Positions 24,152-36,344 of a stretch of 64,000 nucleotides of DNA are shown in pieces. This stretch comes from Mobula hypostoma (Eukaryota): the NCBI RefSeq assembly GCF_963921235.1, contig NC_086097.1, positions 203,114,001 through 203,178,000 of the forward strand. Direction: 5' to 3'. The notes under the pieces are model-generated. The model was not told where the DNA came from. It did not search any database and saw only the letters and a list, made by a program, of their open reading frames with translations. The position numbers and the translations under genes were made by a program. The number at the start of each line of letters is the position of its first letter. Position 1 is the stretch's first letter.

Positions 24152-24256
24152 CTTCAAGTTCAATGCTAATGTTGAGTCCGTTAATATAGTGTTATAGGTA
24201 TGGAATACCAATTCAAATGCTTCATGACTATTGCCAAAAGAGACCGAGGAATCAAT
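24152..24256 (-). CDS. PRKDC: PRKDC exon (window exon 17, 105 nt)
   Basis: tag|...|gtatc; IDSSVSFGNSHEAFELVFHTYNTILTDSTLALNLK. Confidence 0.94.
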
Positions 24257-24407
24257 CTAAAAAGAAAATAAAACTCAAGTTAGCAAAACTATCTGCATTA
24301 GGTAAGTAACTATCACATCAACTAAATTGAACAATGTCCAAGGAAATATTTTAGAGAAGCAATTCAACACAAACTTATTGAAGAATTACCCATGCACATT
24401 AATAAGT

Positions 24408-24870
24408 GTTTAAGGAGACCAGTGGTATGGATTTGCCAGCTGCTTTGGGGTTGCAGCATCTTCTGCTACATTGGAGCTCATACGGCCCTCCATAGGTTGG
24501 GGTTGAAGATGGATGTTGTGTTCCAGCGGTCCAAGTTGTTGGTGCAGTGCTGCCAGTCGATAAACAAGCCAGTGCAGTACAATATGGAGAACAGGCTGCT
24601 GCCCAAGCAGCAGGCTCCCCTCCTCCATGCAGTTTTTGAATCCAAAGGATTGGCAGGAGCATTGCAAGAGTTTCCAGTCAGTGTTAGATTCAACATAGGG
24701 TTGCCTTGGGGACTCCAGCCCTGAATTTTCCTTGGGGTAACTCGCGAAGCCTTCTCCATAAGTGGGTATAGCCGCAAGTAGCTGAGGTTTGAAATCAAAG
24801 TTTTCCTTCTCCTAGCTAGCTGCCAACCACAGCTGACAAGCCCCAATTTGCTCAGATAGGAACTCAGATT
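24408..24870 (-). mobile_element. Unclassified SINE-like / non-autonomous retroelement
   Basis: GC-richer island containing gttttccttctcctag..ctgccaaccacagctgacaagccc, a motif I associate with interspersed SINE-like repeats; family not resolved. Confidence 0.4.
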
Positions 24871-25858
24871 GCAGCAATATCTGAACAGTCGTGTTAAATA
24901 CCCTGGTTTAACAACATGTTTCCTTTGGTTGGCCTATGCTTCTATTTAAATATATTGCCCAGCACTGCATTTCTGACTTGTGAACTGCTTGGATTATGAA
25001 CAATTCCCTGAATGGAATCATGCCATAACCTGGAGAGAATCTGTAATTATCTAAGGTTTAACTGCAGAGGCTCAAGCCTCTGTTAAACTCAGATAGGAAT
25101 AATGATTGATCAAAACTTGATGCAAGAGGGAGAGTAGCCACAGCTTTACATGAGCTGGTTCACAAAGCATGGAGGGCAAATGGTATTTGGCACAGCTTTT
25201 CAATTGGTTTTGGGAGGCAACAAAGATATAGAGGACAGTTCCAGCAGCAGATGGACTGATGGACAATGAAGACAGTCAATACAGCCAAGATAAATCTAAA
25301 AATGTATAGGAGCTCTAGGGTTGAAAGCAGAACTTGCAGCCAAATAAGATGTCTTGCTGAGATAAAGATCAGTTTGATTAGAAGTGAGTGGAAACCATTA
25401 ATAGGAGTACAAGCATTAAAACAGATACCAATGACACAATCTTTATTCCTGGCAACAGTTAACTGAAGGAAATTATACCGAATCCAGGAGCAGATGACCA
25501 TCAGACAATCAAGGTACTCAATGAAAGAAATCAGTCAGCTTTAATTGGGTAATTTAGGAATTATTCCAGAATACTACCGGAAACAAAATTGCATGGCTAT
25601 TCATCAAAGATCTTGACATGTTGCTCTTAGTTCTAAGGACCCAGTAACTGTCAGACTTAGAACCACGTTTATCCTCACTGTCTGCATCATTTCTTCTCTT
25701 CATTTTCTTCTAATGTCTTTGATCATTTTTATCATTCATCAATACAATAAATCTTCTTTGAAGGTGGGATATTCTGCCTTAAGAGTTGCAGTTTCCAATG
25801 ACAAATGTTTTATATTGCCATTTACAGGGCACATGCAGTATTGGCAAACAAAATATAC

Positions 25859-26044
25859 CTGAAGCACTTTGGATAGGAGTGTCAAGACAGCCATTTTGCT
25901 CTCAGGGCTGGATTCCTGTGACCACCAAGACTTAAGTTCTGACCAGTTGGTAAGTACTGCATTGACCAGGAGAATACCTTGCTTTTTTCGTACATTCTGA
26001 TCTCTGAAACTTTGGTCAAGCATTCCATTGAGAACAGTGCTTAC
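25859..26044 (-). CDS. PRKDC: PRKDC exon (window exon 16, 186 nt)
   Basis: cag|GTAAGC...|gtata; VSTVLNGMLDQSFRDQNVRKKQG...SWWSQESSPESKMAVLTLLSKVLQ. Confidence 0.96.
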
Positions 26045-26487
26045 CTGTAAAAGGAGAATAAGCAATATGGATGGTCAAAAGCAGTAAATGAAACAATGAA
26101 AATCCTACAGTATTCATTAAATCTCTAAATTTAGATCTGCACAATCCCTGAATTTTTCTTTGGTGTATAATCAAACAATGAAAAATGAAAAGTTAGGCAA
26201 ATACACAAAGTGATTTGTAAAATTAATCCAGTTACCCTACTTTACTTTGGTGAGTTATTGCACTCAGCGTCATCCCAGGTGACAAGGAGCAACACTGTCA
26301 GGTTGTTTTGTCTGGACTCTCATCTTGCCTTATAACAACACTGGAGGCCACCAGCTGACCCAAAGAATCCATACCAGACTGACAGAAGCAATGGCATTAG
26401 TCCCATTCGCAATCAATTTCCTAGTATACCTGCAATACGCAATTCAACAGCTTTTGATGCTTTTTGCCACAAACAAAACTAAATTTC

Positions 26488-26594
26488 CACTTAACCTACC
26501 AGCAAGTCTTTGGGATGTGGGAAGGAATCCAGAGGAAACGCATGTGCACAGTCAAAGAACTCAAACTCAGGATAGACAACACTCCAGGTCTGCA
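26488..26594 (-). mobile_element. HE1/V-SINE-like element body
   Basis: gtctttgggatgtgggaaggaatccagaggaaacgcatg is the reverse complement of a V-domain-like core; related to 32380-32663. Confidence 0.7.
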
Positions 26595-26886
26595 TTAGTG
26601 AACTGTGAGACAGCAACACTCCCTGCGATACACCAGACACCCAGTACAATCAAACCTGGATTAGTGAACTGTGAGACAGCATCACTCCCTGCTATACACC
26701 AGACACCCAATACAATCAAACCTGTTTTAGTGAACTGTGAGACAGCATCACTCCCTGCTATACACCAGACACCCAGTACAATCAAACCTGGATTAGTGAA
26801 CTGTGAGACAGCATCACTCCCTGCTATACACCAGACACCCAATACAATCAAATTTGGATTAGTGGATCTGTAGGATAACAGCACCA
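26595..26886. repeat. 66-bp minisatellite, about 4.4 units
   Basis: ttagtg unit starts at 26595, 26661, 26727, 26793, 26859. Confidence 0.97.
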
Positions 26887-27107
26887 ACTACTTTTCTACT
26901 GTAAACAAAAACAGAAAAGTTGGATCTGCAGAACTGATTATGGTTTGAAACAAATCCAGCATCCTTCTCCCATCCAATAAAACTTCAAAATGCCTTATCA
27001 GTGGTATATGTTATATATTTTCTTTTTTCTATTTAATACTGGCCATCATAAACCGACTATCATAAAATGGTATCACTTGACCAAAAGTGAAAAACATCAT
27101 TAATACG

Positions 27108-27376
27108 AGATGCAGATGCAGAAAATCCAAAGCAACACACATACCAAATCCTGGAGGAACTCTGCAGGTCAGGCAGCATCTAAGGAAATTAATAAAAAGT
27201 CAACGTTTCGGGCTGAGACCCTTCTTCCGGACTAAGAAGAAAGGGGGAAGATGCCAGAATAAAAAGGTAGGAAGGAAGCCAGCTAGAAGGTGACAGGTGA
27301 AGCCAGGTGGGTGGGGAAGGTCAAGGGCTGGAGAAGAAGGAATCTGATAGCAGAGGAGAGTGAACTACAGGAGACA
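27108..27376 (-). mobile_element. Penelope-like 3' fragment with mutated hammerhead
   Basis: agtcaacgtttcgggctgagacccttcttccggact (core CUGAUGA changed to CGGAAGA) followed by a purine-rich tract. Confidence 0.85.
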
Positions 27377-27467
27377 TCATGGCACATCCACTGACATTCT
27401 GCATAAACTGTTAGAACCCTAATCAATAGCTTTTGCTTAACATCATTGTAATATGAACAGTGCTTAC

Positions 27468-27671
27468 CATTTTAGAGTTTTTACTTGCTGAATTCATTAA
27501 CATGGCAACTGAAGAGTTAAGATTTCTGAGCAATTCGTCATTAATGGTTTCAGGAAACAAACTGTAGAAGTATTCGCCATGGAAAAATCTGATGAAATTT
27601 CTCTGGGATGCCCCTGAAAGCGATACGGAGAGCTCCACTGTGTTTAAAAGCAATGAAACCAGTTCTTCACA
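27468..27671 (-). CDS. PRKDC: PRKDC exon (window exon 15, 204 nt)
   Basis: tag|...|gtaagc; [51 protein letters not shown]...NSKM. Confidence 0.96.
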
Positions 27672-27880
27672 CTACAGAATCAAGAGAGAAAGTATATTCA
27701 GGTGTGCTTCCACTTTGATATCCAGTAATATGAAAAAAAATGATATTCTACAACATCAGCAACTTCCACTGACGTTATCCCTTAATGTAATTGAATCTCA
27801 TAATATCCCACTGGGGTTAATTATCAAACAAAGGCCTTACACCCAATAAGTAATTGATAAAAGAGATGGCAAAAGCTTGA

Positions 27881-27916
27881 ATATATATATATATATATAT
27901 ATAAAAAATATATATC
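27881..27916. repeat. (AT)n microsatellite
   Basis: AT dinucleotide run. Confidence 0.9.
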
Positions 27917-28099
27917 TATGTGAAGAAACTGATTGTTCCTAATACAGATGACATCCTAAAAACAGGCTGGATAAAGACTTTCCATAACATGATGCCTTGT
28001 TATCCATTATCTACAGTACGTCAAGAAACATAAATAAAAACAAATGATTGTGTTGAGTTATTTAGTTTTATTGCACAGTTTCAGTGAGAGAGCAGTTTG

Positions 28100-28984
28100 A
28101 TTAATAGGTCTGGATGTTACAATCACTAAAGTTTATGCACTGCACTTGACTTGAGTGGAAGTAGTTCTTAAAGATGACCACTAGATGATGTTACTACCAT
28201 TACGACGCATCTTCAGTTGTGTACCTCGACATCACTGGGTGTTTTGGCCTTTTATCACAAGGCACCCTCAGCCGAGGCAGGCCCACCACAGGCTGATCAG
28301 ACCTGGGTGTGTGTCACATGGTTAGTCTTTAGATGGTCACTTGGTAGCCCAGACAGCATCCCTTCTTTTCAGCCACAGCCAGAGACTGCTCATTTCAGCG
28401 GCATTAGCAAGTGCTTTGATTGCCTTCCTATGGGCCTGCCCTCTGACTCCTACTTCCCTCAGCAGCCTTACGGTGGAACTGGCTACAAATCCCCTGCACC
28501 CCATCTCAACTGGGCGCACTTTTACGTTCCAGCTTTGCTCCTCTGCTTCAACTGCAAGGTTGGCATATCGCAGCCTTTTCCATTCATAAGCCTCATCCAC
28601 AGCGTCCTCCCAGGGGACTGTCAGCTCAATGAAAAAGACACGCCGACAGGACCAAAGGACCAGGTCGGGCTGTAGGTTGGTGTTGCAATTGCAGATGGGG
28701 AGGTAAGTTTCTGGCCTGAATCAACACGCATTTCCCAGTCCCTGGCTGCACTCAATGGGCATGAGTTGTGAGGCAAGGGGTTAGCCCCTGGTTTCTCTCC
28801 TTCCCGGATGAAGGATGGTAGTTGTGTGGACCGTTGTCTGGGCACTGAGAGGCCTGGCGTTGGTGGTTACTCTCTTACACTCAAGTTCAGCTGCCAAACA
28901 CCTCAGCACTTGGTTGTGTCGTCAGGTCTATCTGCCTTGTGTTAGGCTGGTCTTGCAACTAACCACGATGTGCTTGAGGGATGC
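28100..28984 (-). mobile_element. HERO-like non-LTR retrotransposon 3' fragment (restriction-like endonuclease)
   Basis: Minus-strand remnants LKHIVVSCK..RHNQVL, QPDLVLWS, IELTVPWEDAVDEAYE, VRPVEMGCRGF, SLWLWLKRRD. Confidence 0.85.
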
Positions 28985-29506
28985 CATATCGACAGTACGT
29001 CAAGAAACGTAAATAAAAACAAATGATTTTGTTTTGTGTTATTTAGTTTTATTGCACAACTTCAGTGAGAGAGAAAAGTTTATTCTGTATCTCAGCCTTT
29101 GTTTGTGCAGTGACTTGTAAGTACGGATTTCTGAAGTCTAAACCGCCATAATGCAGAGGTCAATCAAAACTGCACTGATTTAGTTTATTCTGTGGGTGGT
29201 TATTAAAACAAGCATTCTGCAACTTGCCCAATTCTATGACAACTGACAAAGTAGAGCAGATTAACAATGTTTGAATTACCAAATAAGCATATTCGGAAAA
29301 CTCAAAATACTGAAGATGATGGAAATCTTTTGTTCCAGAAAATGCGGCGGGTTTGACTCATAAATTAATACTGGTGTAGTAAAAAGCATAGCAGTCAAGC
29401 TACTATTACAATGGTATATTCTCTGAGCTGAAATATTTTATGGAAAAGAATGCAGGTCACCCTTTCAGGGCATCCAATTTTTATTCGTAACAGCACATTT
29501 ACTCAC

Positions 29507-29656
29507 CTGCACACCAAGGGAAAATGACAGTTGTAAAAGCCCATCTGCTAACACCTTACTGCTAACATCTATTGATGGCAGTGATTTTCTCTCATCGCCA
29601 GGTGCCATTCCTTTGTAGACAGCTGACAAAAGCTTTGAATTCAGTGGCGTACCTGT
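29507..29656 (-). CDS. PRKDC: PRKDC exon (window exon 14, 150 nt; acceptor less certain)
   Basis: Only nearby phase-0 acceptor is tacag|ACAGGT (weak pyrimidine tract); donor |gtgagt; [50 protein letters not shown]. Confidence 0.85.
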
Positions 29657-30127
29657 CTGTAGTAAACCAGCATTATGTTTAGAACCTATGCACTCAGATA
29701 CATGTGAAATGTCAAATTAACGAAATGAATCACTAAATAAATTTAATTAATCAGTGTTACTGAATCAGATTAACCAATCTATACAAAAATCAACTTTCAG
29801 TTATAAATTTCTTTGCTTTTGATGTAATTACACATCTGTTCCAGTATCACTGGAACTTTCTGTATTACTGCTTCAGTCCCTTGTTAAAATACAAAGAACA
29901 AAATAGAAAGTGAAATATTTTCAAGTAACTGCATTAAGCTAAATTTTGTATAAGTTTGTTTTGCCACACAGTATGAAATGCCATACTTATACACATGTTC
30001 AACAATAAAAAAAAATTGTCTGAAACTTTTGCAGCTTGTTTTAGATTCAAATTCAGATACAAGTAAATTGGCTGCAGATCAGTGACTTTCATTCTATGTT
30101 TGTGACTTAGCATTGTTTGAAAATTAC

Positions 30128-30251
30128 CTGGCATTTCAGTACAGAGTTGAGAAGGTCAGCCTTGTAAAGCTGTTTGCATGCAGATAGGATGGAGCTTAAT
30201 TTGTCATGATCTGTATGACTGTAGAGATCCACATTGCACAGATCTTCAATG
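30128..30251 (-). CDS. PRKDC: PRKDC exon (window exon 13, 124 nt)
   Basis: cag|...|gtaat; IEDLCNVDLYSHTDHDKLSSILSACKQLYKADLLNSVLKCQ. Confidence 0.93.
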
Positions 30252-30744
30252 CTGCAGCACATATTAAAATATATATTAATGAAGATAACTGTAATTGCTG
30301 AAAATCCAAAAAACAGTAACAATGTAAATACAATTTTCACATGAAGACAGAAAAGATAGGTTCAACTATTGTGCAGGCATCTTTGTTGAAAGACGATCTC
30401 AGTGTAAGATCTCACGCTGAAATTCCAATTATTCAGACAACTGTGTTTCATATTTCGAACATTTATTACATAACTTTGGTAATTCATTATTAGATATATC
30501 CTCCATGTAATTTTTCAAATTCATACAACTCTTTGAAGGGTATAAATGTTTCCACAGGTGATGGTCATGGAAAATTTTGATTGATGTATCAGACCACAGA
30601 TCAAAAATAAATTGAAATGAATTCATCCTTCTACTACACCTTTCCAAATATCCTCTTGCTTGAAATGCTCACTCACATGAATTAAAGAATAATCTTTCTA
30701 GTGGTAGTAATGTACACTAAACAATGGTCAATACATACTGAAAC

Positions 30745-30935
30745 AATACACAAAATGCTGGAAGAGCTCAGCAGGGTTGGCAGCATCTAAGGAGGGAAAT
30801 AGAAACTTAAAGTTTAAGGTCAAGACCCTACATCAGCACTGGAAAGAATGAGATGAGAAAGCCAGTATCTGCTGATTTCAGTTCTTCCAGCATTTTGAAT
30901 GTTGCTCTAGATTTCCAGCACTTGCAGTCTCTTCT
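30745..30935. mobile_element. Old inverted pair of Penelope-like 3' ends
   Basis: acacaaaatgctggaagagctcagcag... followed by its reverse complement ...gttcttccagcattttg. Confidence 0.7.
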
Positions 30936-31543
30936 GTCACCTCAAAGCTTACTGTGGATGGTGTGAACACCAGCTGTCTTTTTCTTTTTTATTCAAACTG
31001 GATTAAAGCCGAGAAATAGCTATTAACTTGGCGCTAACTCCATCCCCATCCCTGGTCACTGTCAAAGATAAAACTTCACTGTTCATCTCATTTAATTCCA
31101 TCCCAAATGTCCCAACCAATCCACAGTTGAAATTCTGATCCAATCCTGCCACCTTCAGCCACAATATTCCAATACGTTCCTGAAAGGCCTCTTACCTCCC
31201 ACATGACACAAAGCTGAATTCATCCAAAAAGGAGCTGCAAATCCTCTCTAAATCTCTCAGATCTCTATATACTCTGACCTTTTTCCTCACCCATTAGTAG
31301 CCAAGCCTTTAGCTATCCAGGTCCTCAGCTTAGCGACCCCATCTCAATCCATGACCAATTCCTGTTTTCCCCTTAACCTCCACACCCTTACCTCGCTGCT
31401 AATTTTGTCCAATTACATTCTTCAAAACCACCTTGGGCACTTGTGAAAGGCACCATATAAAACCAAAGTGATTTTAAACATATTGTATATACTTGTAAAT
31501 TCAATTGTTAGGACTATTTTTCTTACAAAAATTTTCATCTTAC

Positions 31544-31752
31544 CTCTGTGATGTAATTCTTTTCTTCATGTTATCTTCAAACATGTTGCAATAAGGTGTT
31601 CTTACAACAGCTTTCAAAAGCCTTACACAGGAATCAGGCAAACCTTTCATCACTTGTACATCTGCCATATTAAACCCAACACTGGGTGGATCAGCCACCA
31701 CTGCTGCTATTAGTTCAAACAGACTGGAGTTTAGTAAGTCTTTCTCAAGCAC
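31544..31752 (-). CDS. PRKDC: PRKDC exon (window exon 12, 209 nt)
   Basis: aag|...|gtaag; VLEKDLLNSSLFELIAAVVADPPSVGFNMADVQVMKGLPDSCVRLLKA...KRITSQ. Confidence 0.95.
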
Positions 31753-32379
31753 CTTAAAAGAGAGATTGGGGGGAAAAAATCCAATAAAAATTCCGAGCTA
31801 TAAGTTGAACAGCCAAAATCAGTGAACAAAAATATGAACGTATATGGTTTAGTATATTAATGTGGGATGAACATAAATTCTTGGAATCTGCTTAATTTCA
31901 TTTCCATCTGTTGTTCATAAATTATCATGTAGATGCTGTGTCACTGACCAAAAATTTCAGCAGGACCTGTCCATAAATACTCAAGCTGTTGAGGCATATC
32001 ACCCCAACACTCCAAAGCCATTCCCCAAAATCCAGATGGAATACTTCCCACGTGCTTAGATGAGGACAGCTCCAACACCCCCCCAGATATTCAACACCAT
32101 CCCTGCCAGAGCAACCCACTTAACTGGTAGCACAGAAGACAGGTGTGGTCATAGATGCTGGGAATCTAGAGCCCTGTTGCAGCGTCTTGATCCAATATCT
32201 TGACCATCACTTTGATGCTGCAGCTGATGCCTGACCTAGAGAGTTCCCCCAGCAGTTTGGTTTTTTCCTTCAATTGAATTGGGACTTCATCCATCACCTT
32301 AACATTCCCTACACGATCAATACGCGGAGGCCACAGGGTGCACCATGCAGCTACACAAGAGTAGTATACTTCAACACAA

Positions 32380-32663
32380 CACTATTACAGCTTGCATTGT
32401 TGAAGTTTGGAGTTCAAATGTGGTGACATCTGTTAGGAGTTTGAACATTCTCCCTATGACCACATGGGTTTCCTCCAAGTGCCCTGCTTTCCCCCCATAG
32501 TACAAAGACATACCAGTTTGTAGGTTAATTGGTCATTGTAAATTGACCTGTGAATAGGCTAGTGCTAATAGGTGGGTTGCTAGGTGGTGCAGCTCGCTGG
32601 GCCGGAATTCTCGGTTCCCTGCTACATCTCTAAATGAATGAATGAATTAATAAATAAATAAAA
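32380..32663 (+). mobile_element. HE1/V-SINE-like tRNA-derived SINE
   Basis: ggagtttgaacattctccctatgaccacatgggtttcctcc core; (aatg/aata)n tail. Confidence 0.75.
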
Positions 32664-32759
32664 TTCCTAACCCAAAACACCAAATGTATTGGGACACCAT
32701 CACTAACAAGATCACTGCCAAAGCTGCACATCATCTTGATGTGGAAAGATATTGCTAGT

Positions 32760-32891
32760 CCTGCTGAAGGGTCTTGGCCCAAAATGTTGACTGTATACTT
32801 TTCCATAGATGCTGCCTGGCCTTCTGAGTTCCTCCAGCATTTTGTGTGTGCGCTTGGATTTCTGGCATCTGCAGATTTTTTCTTGTTTATG
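32760..32891 (+). mobile_element. Penelope-like mini-insertion starting at the hammerhead, 10-bp TSD
   Basis: cctgctgaagggtcttggcccaaaatgttgact...; TSD TATTGCTAGT at 32750-32759 and 32892-32901. Confidence 0.85.
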
Positions 32892-34080
32892 TATTGCTAG
32901 TTCTTCACTGTTCCTGGGTCTAAAATTCAGAACTTTCTTCCCGATAGCACAATGTGCGCACTCTTTACCAAAAAGACTGCACTGTCTCCAGATGGCAGAT
33001 CACCATCAGCTTCCCACAGGGAATAAGATGAGAAATAAAATCTGGCCTTCCAGAGATGCCCAAGCGCCAAAAATGAATACTGAATCAAACTTTTGCATCA
33101 ATTTGATAAAAAAAAACTCGGTGTTTTTTTTTTAGGAGCACCATCTCCCCCACCGTATCAGATTTCTAAATGGTCCATGAACCCATTCACACAAACACAC
33201 CATTCTGTGTTCATTTACTTTTTGTAACTAAGAGCTATTTTTCTGTCTTGAATTGCAGCCACAAAATAAATTCACCACATACGTCAGTGATAATAAACCT
33301 GATTCCGATTCTTGGATCCATTGTGATAATTCAAACAAATTAAGTTATTTATTTGTATACACCCCATTTATCAAATACTGTGACATTGCAATGTCACCTT
33401 GGTGAGAGTCAATTTTGCATACTTGGCCATGCTACACTCTCATACCTTGCAGTAAACATATTCCAATTACTATTTCAATTCAACCAATCATTGTAATTAA
33501 TAGATTGGGGAAGCTAGATAAGGAACAGCTAAGTAACTGATACTGTTTTAATATGGAGCATTGAACAATGAAATGCAAATGACAGGGCATGTTATCACAC
33601 TTAGGAGAATTTAGACAACTTTCACATAAGGAAAAGGAAATTAAAAGAAAAATCCAAATTAACTGCTTCTGTGTCTATGAGCTGCCGATGTTAAATCTAC
33701 ACAGACCCATATGCTTGGATAGATTGTTCAACAGTTTGAGATGATACACCTGTGACAGAGGATTATTGAAAATAAATAGCAATTTCCAATTAATTCAACA
33801 GTGGGCTAGTATTGTACCGTGAGGCAGTGTGATAGAATGCACGCTCAGGGATTTATAACTTAATACATTGTAGCTGTCTGTAGAGTATTAACACTCACTT
33901 ACAGAAAGTGTATGAAGGCTGAAGCACAGTCAAGCAACTGGCTAATGATGAATACATACATTGTTCAAACTCAAAAATCAGAAATGCAAAACACTCGCTC
34001 TGCATTATTGAATGTAATTATATATTTCAATAGATTAATTGCAAGTACCTAGGGTACACAGTAAAAACATGAATAACTAC

Positions 34081-34307
34081 CTTCCAGAAATCCTGCTGGC
34101 AACTCTCCAGTGTCATACTAACAAATTCCATAATCCGGACTATGATTGTGCATTTATTATAACTGTATTCTTCTCGCTCTTTTGGGCTGTAAAGTGTGCC
34201 CTTGATTCCATAAGCAAAGCTCTCCTCTGCAGCTTTAATATCATGCATTGCAAGATCTTTCAGAAAGAAACCCACTGCTTTCAGAAAACCAGACTTCTGG
34301 GAAGTTC
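34081..34307 (-). CDS. PRKDC: PRKDC exon (window exon 11, 227 nt)
   Basis: cag|...|gtagt; TSQKSGFLKAVGFFLKDLAMHDIKAAE...YNKCTIIVRIMEF...DFWK. Confidence 0.95.
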
Positions 34308-34951
34308 CTGCAAAATATTAAAGAAAACAACATTTAGTACAAAGGCTTATTACTCAACTTTTCAGAAATATCCTCTCTTCTTCCTCTCACATGGACACAA
34401 GTGAGGAAAGTGTTACTATCCACCTCAGAACTAGATGTGCCAATCACATGTTCCAATGTTCATAAAATCAGGAATTATAAAAGTGACACGTTTAATCGAA
34501 AATATGCAAATGAAAGAACTTGCCTTTATGTCCAACAATGCATTTACAAGAACTTGAACTGGAAAATTACCTAAAGTTATAATAATTCTGGATAGAGATT
34601 AATAAGCTCTATATACCACAGCTTTCCCAGCCTAGTTGCTCCAAAACCTCCGTAGGTCCGCACTACTCAAATGCACAACCAGCACAGCACAAGCTGTGTG
34701 AAAAGCTAGGCGTTAAAGTCTGCTTGAATCCTGAGATTTCACTCAGCTCAGGAGTGAAATCAAGGTTCTGGCAGAAGATCGAGAATTGATTAATGGAGAA
34801 AGAGAAAAAACACTGAAACACCTCAGCTCTTCGTACCAGGAAAATGAGGTAGACATTAAGATGCAAACTGGGATGAGCATAAAATAATATATTTTCATAG
34901 CCCAATGAAACCAACAGCAGCCTGCATTCAGAATCTGCAAACGAAACTCAC

Positions 34952-35206
34952 CAAGAATTTTACTGGGTTTGAGCATACGGAGTCCAATAAATGTATTGTA
35001 GCAGTCTAGAGCTGCCAATAACATATCCATCCATTGCACAACTGTTCTTACACTGAAGGGTTCTTGTAGATCATTAAGCGTGGGATGTGATATGATTCCT
35101 GAATAGTCAGCATTCTCATTGCCAGCACCCTCAAATTTATTAATAAGAAAATCAACGTCATTCTTACTTAGAAGTTCATCCAGAAAAGATTGTGCTGTTT
35201 TGTTTC
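34952..35206 (-). CDS. PRKDC: PRKDC exon (window exon 10, 255 nt)
   Basis: tag|...|gtgagt; NKTAQSFLDELLSKNDVDFLINKFEG...WMDMLLAALDCYNTFIGLRMLKPSKIL. Confidence 0.95.
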
Positions 35207-36344
35207 CTAAAATTAAACACATGAAAGCACTTTCATGAATCAGGGAATACAACTTGAAACAGAAGTAAATCAAAATATGACAGCACAATAGGACTGTAGT
35301 TTCAATGCATAACGTAATCTGGTATAATCTACAGGTGGACTGCGATTAAGATATCTAGAAGAGACAAAATGAGAGGAAAATTGAGAGTGAAAGCAGCAAG
35401 GAGCATACTTTTGATAACTATGTGTACAATGGCCAGCAATACCTGCTGGTCAATCAACCAAGAGCCATTTCACCACTATTTGTACACGAGCCAAAGTGAC
35501 CGGTAGCACCTCTGCGGAAGAGAGTTTTTAAAAAAAATTTGAATTAATCACTCCTGGAAGACCCTGAAACTAAATTAACTTAAATCATAATGTGCACGTG
35601 TCACCCTTGCGTTGTAGAGGTGTGGCAACCCTAGGAAACTGTCCACATCACTATTCTCTGTAATATTAACTCTACTTTCCCATTGAATCCCATGTAACAA
35701 GTGGAGCATTTTCTGCAGAACATTTTTCTCTCATTTCAAGCCATTTTATCAACAGCAACAAAATAACTCACTGCCTTTATTTAACAGTTGAGGCCAATAT
35801 AAGATTACGGGTAAGGACAAGATTCATGAGAGAGAACCAAGAAGTTTTGCCAGTTTTTATTCTAAGTCATTCCATAGTGTGGGGGTAAAACAAATTGGAT
35901 ATGATGTCACTGCATTGATTAGTTGGCAGTTAGAGCCATGCCCTTTCCAGTCCAAGGACTTGTGAACTGACATCTCAGAGAGCAGACCTGCCATGCTCTT
36001 CATCTGAAAGTTACTTCCTCTGTCACACAAGGCTAAGGTGGATTAGGAAAGGAATTAGAAAGTGGAGATATCAGGGAAAGGTGTGGGATTCAAGGATTGG
36101 GATAAAGTAGTGCAGGGGGAGTTCGGGGAGATAAGTCAAAAATGCATTGACTTAGTGGAAATGGATTAAATTCAAAGGGATTACTTTAAGGAGTTCACGA
36201 TGCCCAGTGCGGCTACCCACAATGCATTATGTCAGAGAAAATGCATCACAGATGAAAAGCATTGTAGTACTGCACTCAGACATCTGTTCAAATGACCTCT
36301 GAATGGAGAGAGTTTGGCAAAAGAGGCATGGGACATATCAACCC

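Noticed and set aside
26595..26886. Regularly spaced repeats resembling a CRISPR array or a repeat-protein gene (ORFs 26325-26873 and 26567-26887)
   Set aside because: Units are contiguous near-identical 66-mers with no unique spacers, there are no cas genes, and the context is a eukaryotic intron. The ORFs stay open only because 66 is divisible by 3.
29652..29690. Alternative acceptors for window exon 14 (catag|GTTCT and acag|GTACG)
   Set aside because: Both are out of phase with the upstream phase-0 donor at 30128; only tacag|ACAGGT preserves the frame.
33440..33960. Repeat-free, TAAT-rich intronic stretches that might be conserved enhancers (also ~15720-15930 and ~35400-35950)
   Set aside because: Conservation cannot be judged without cross-species alignment, and composition alone is not evidence.
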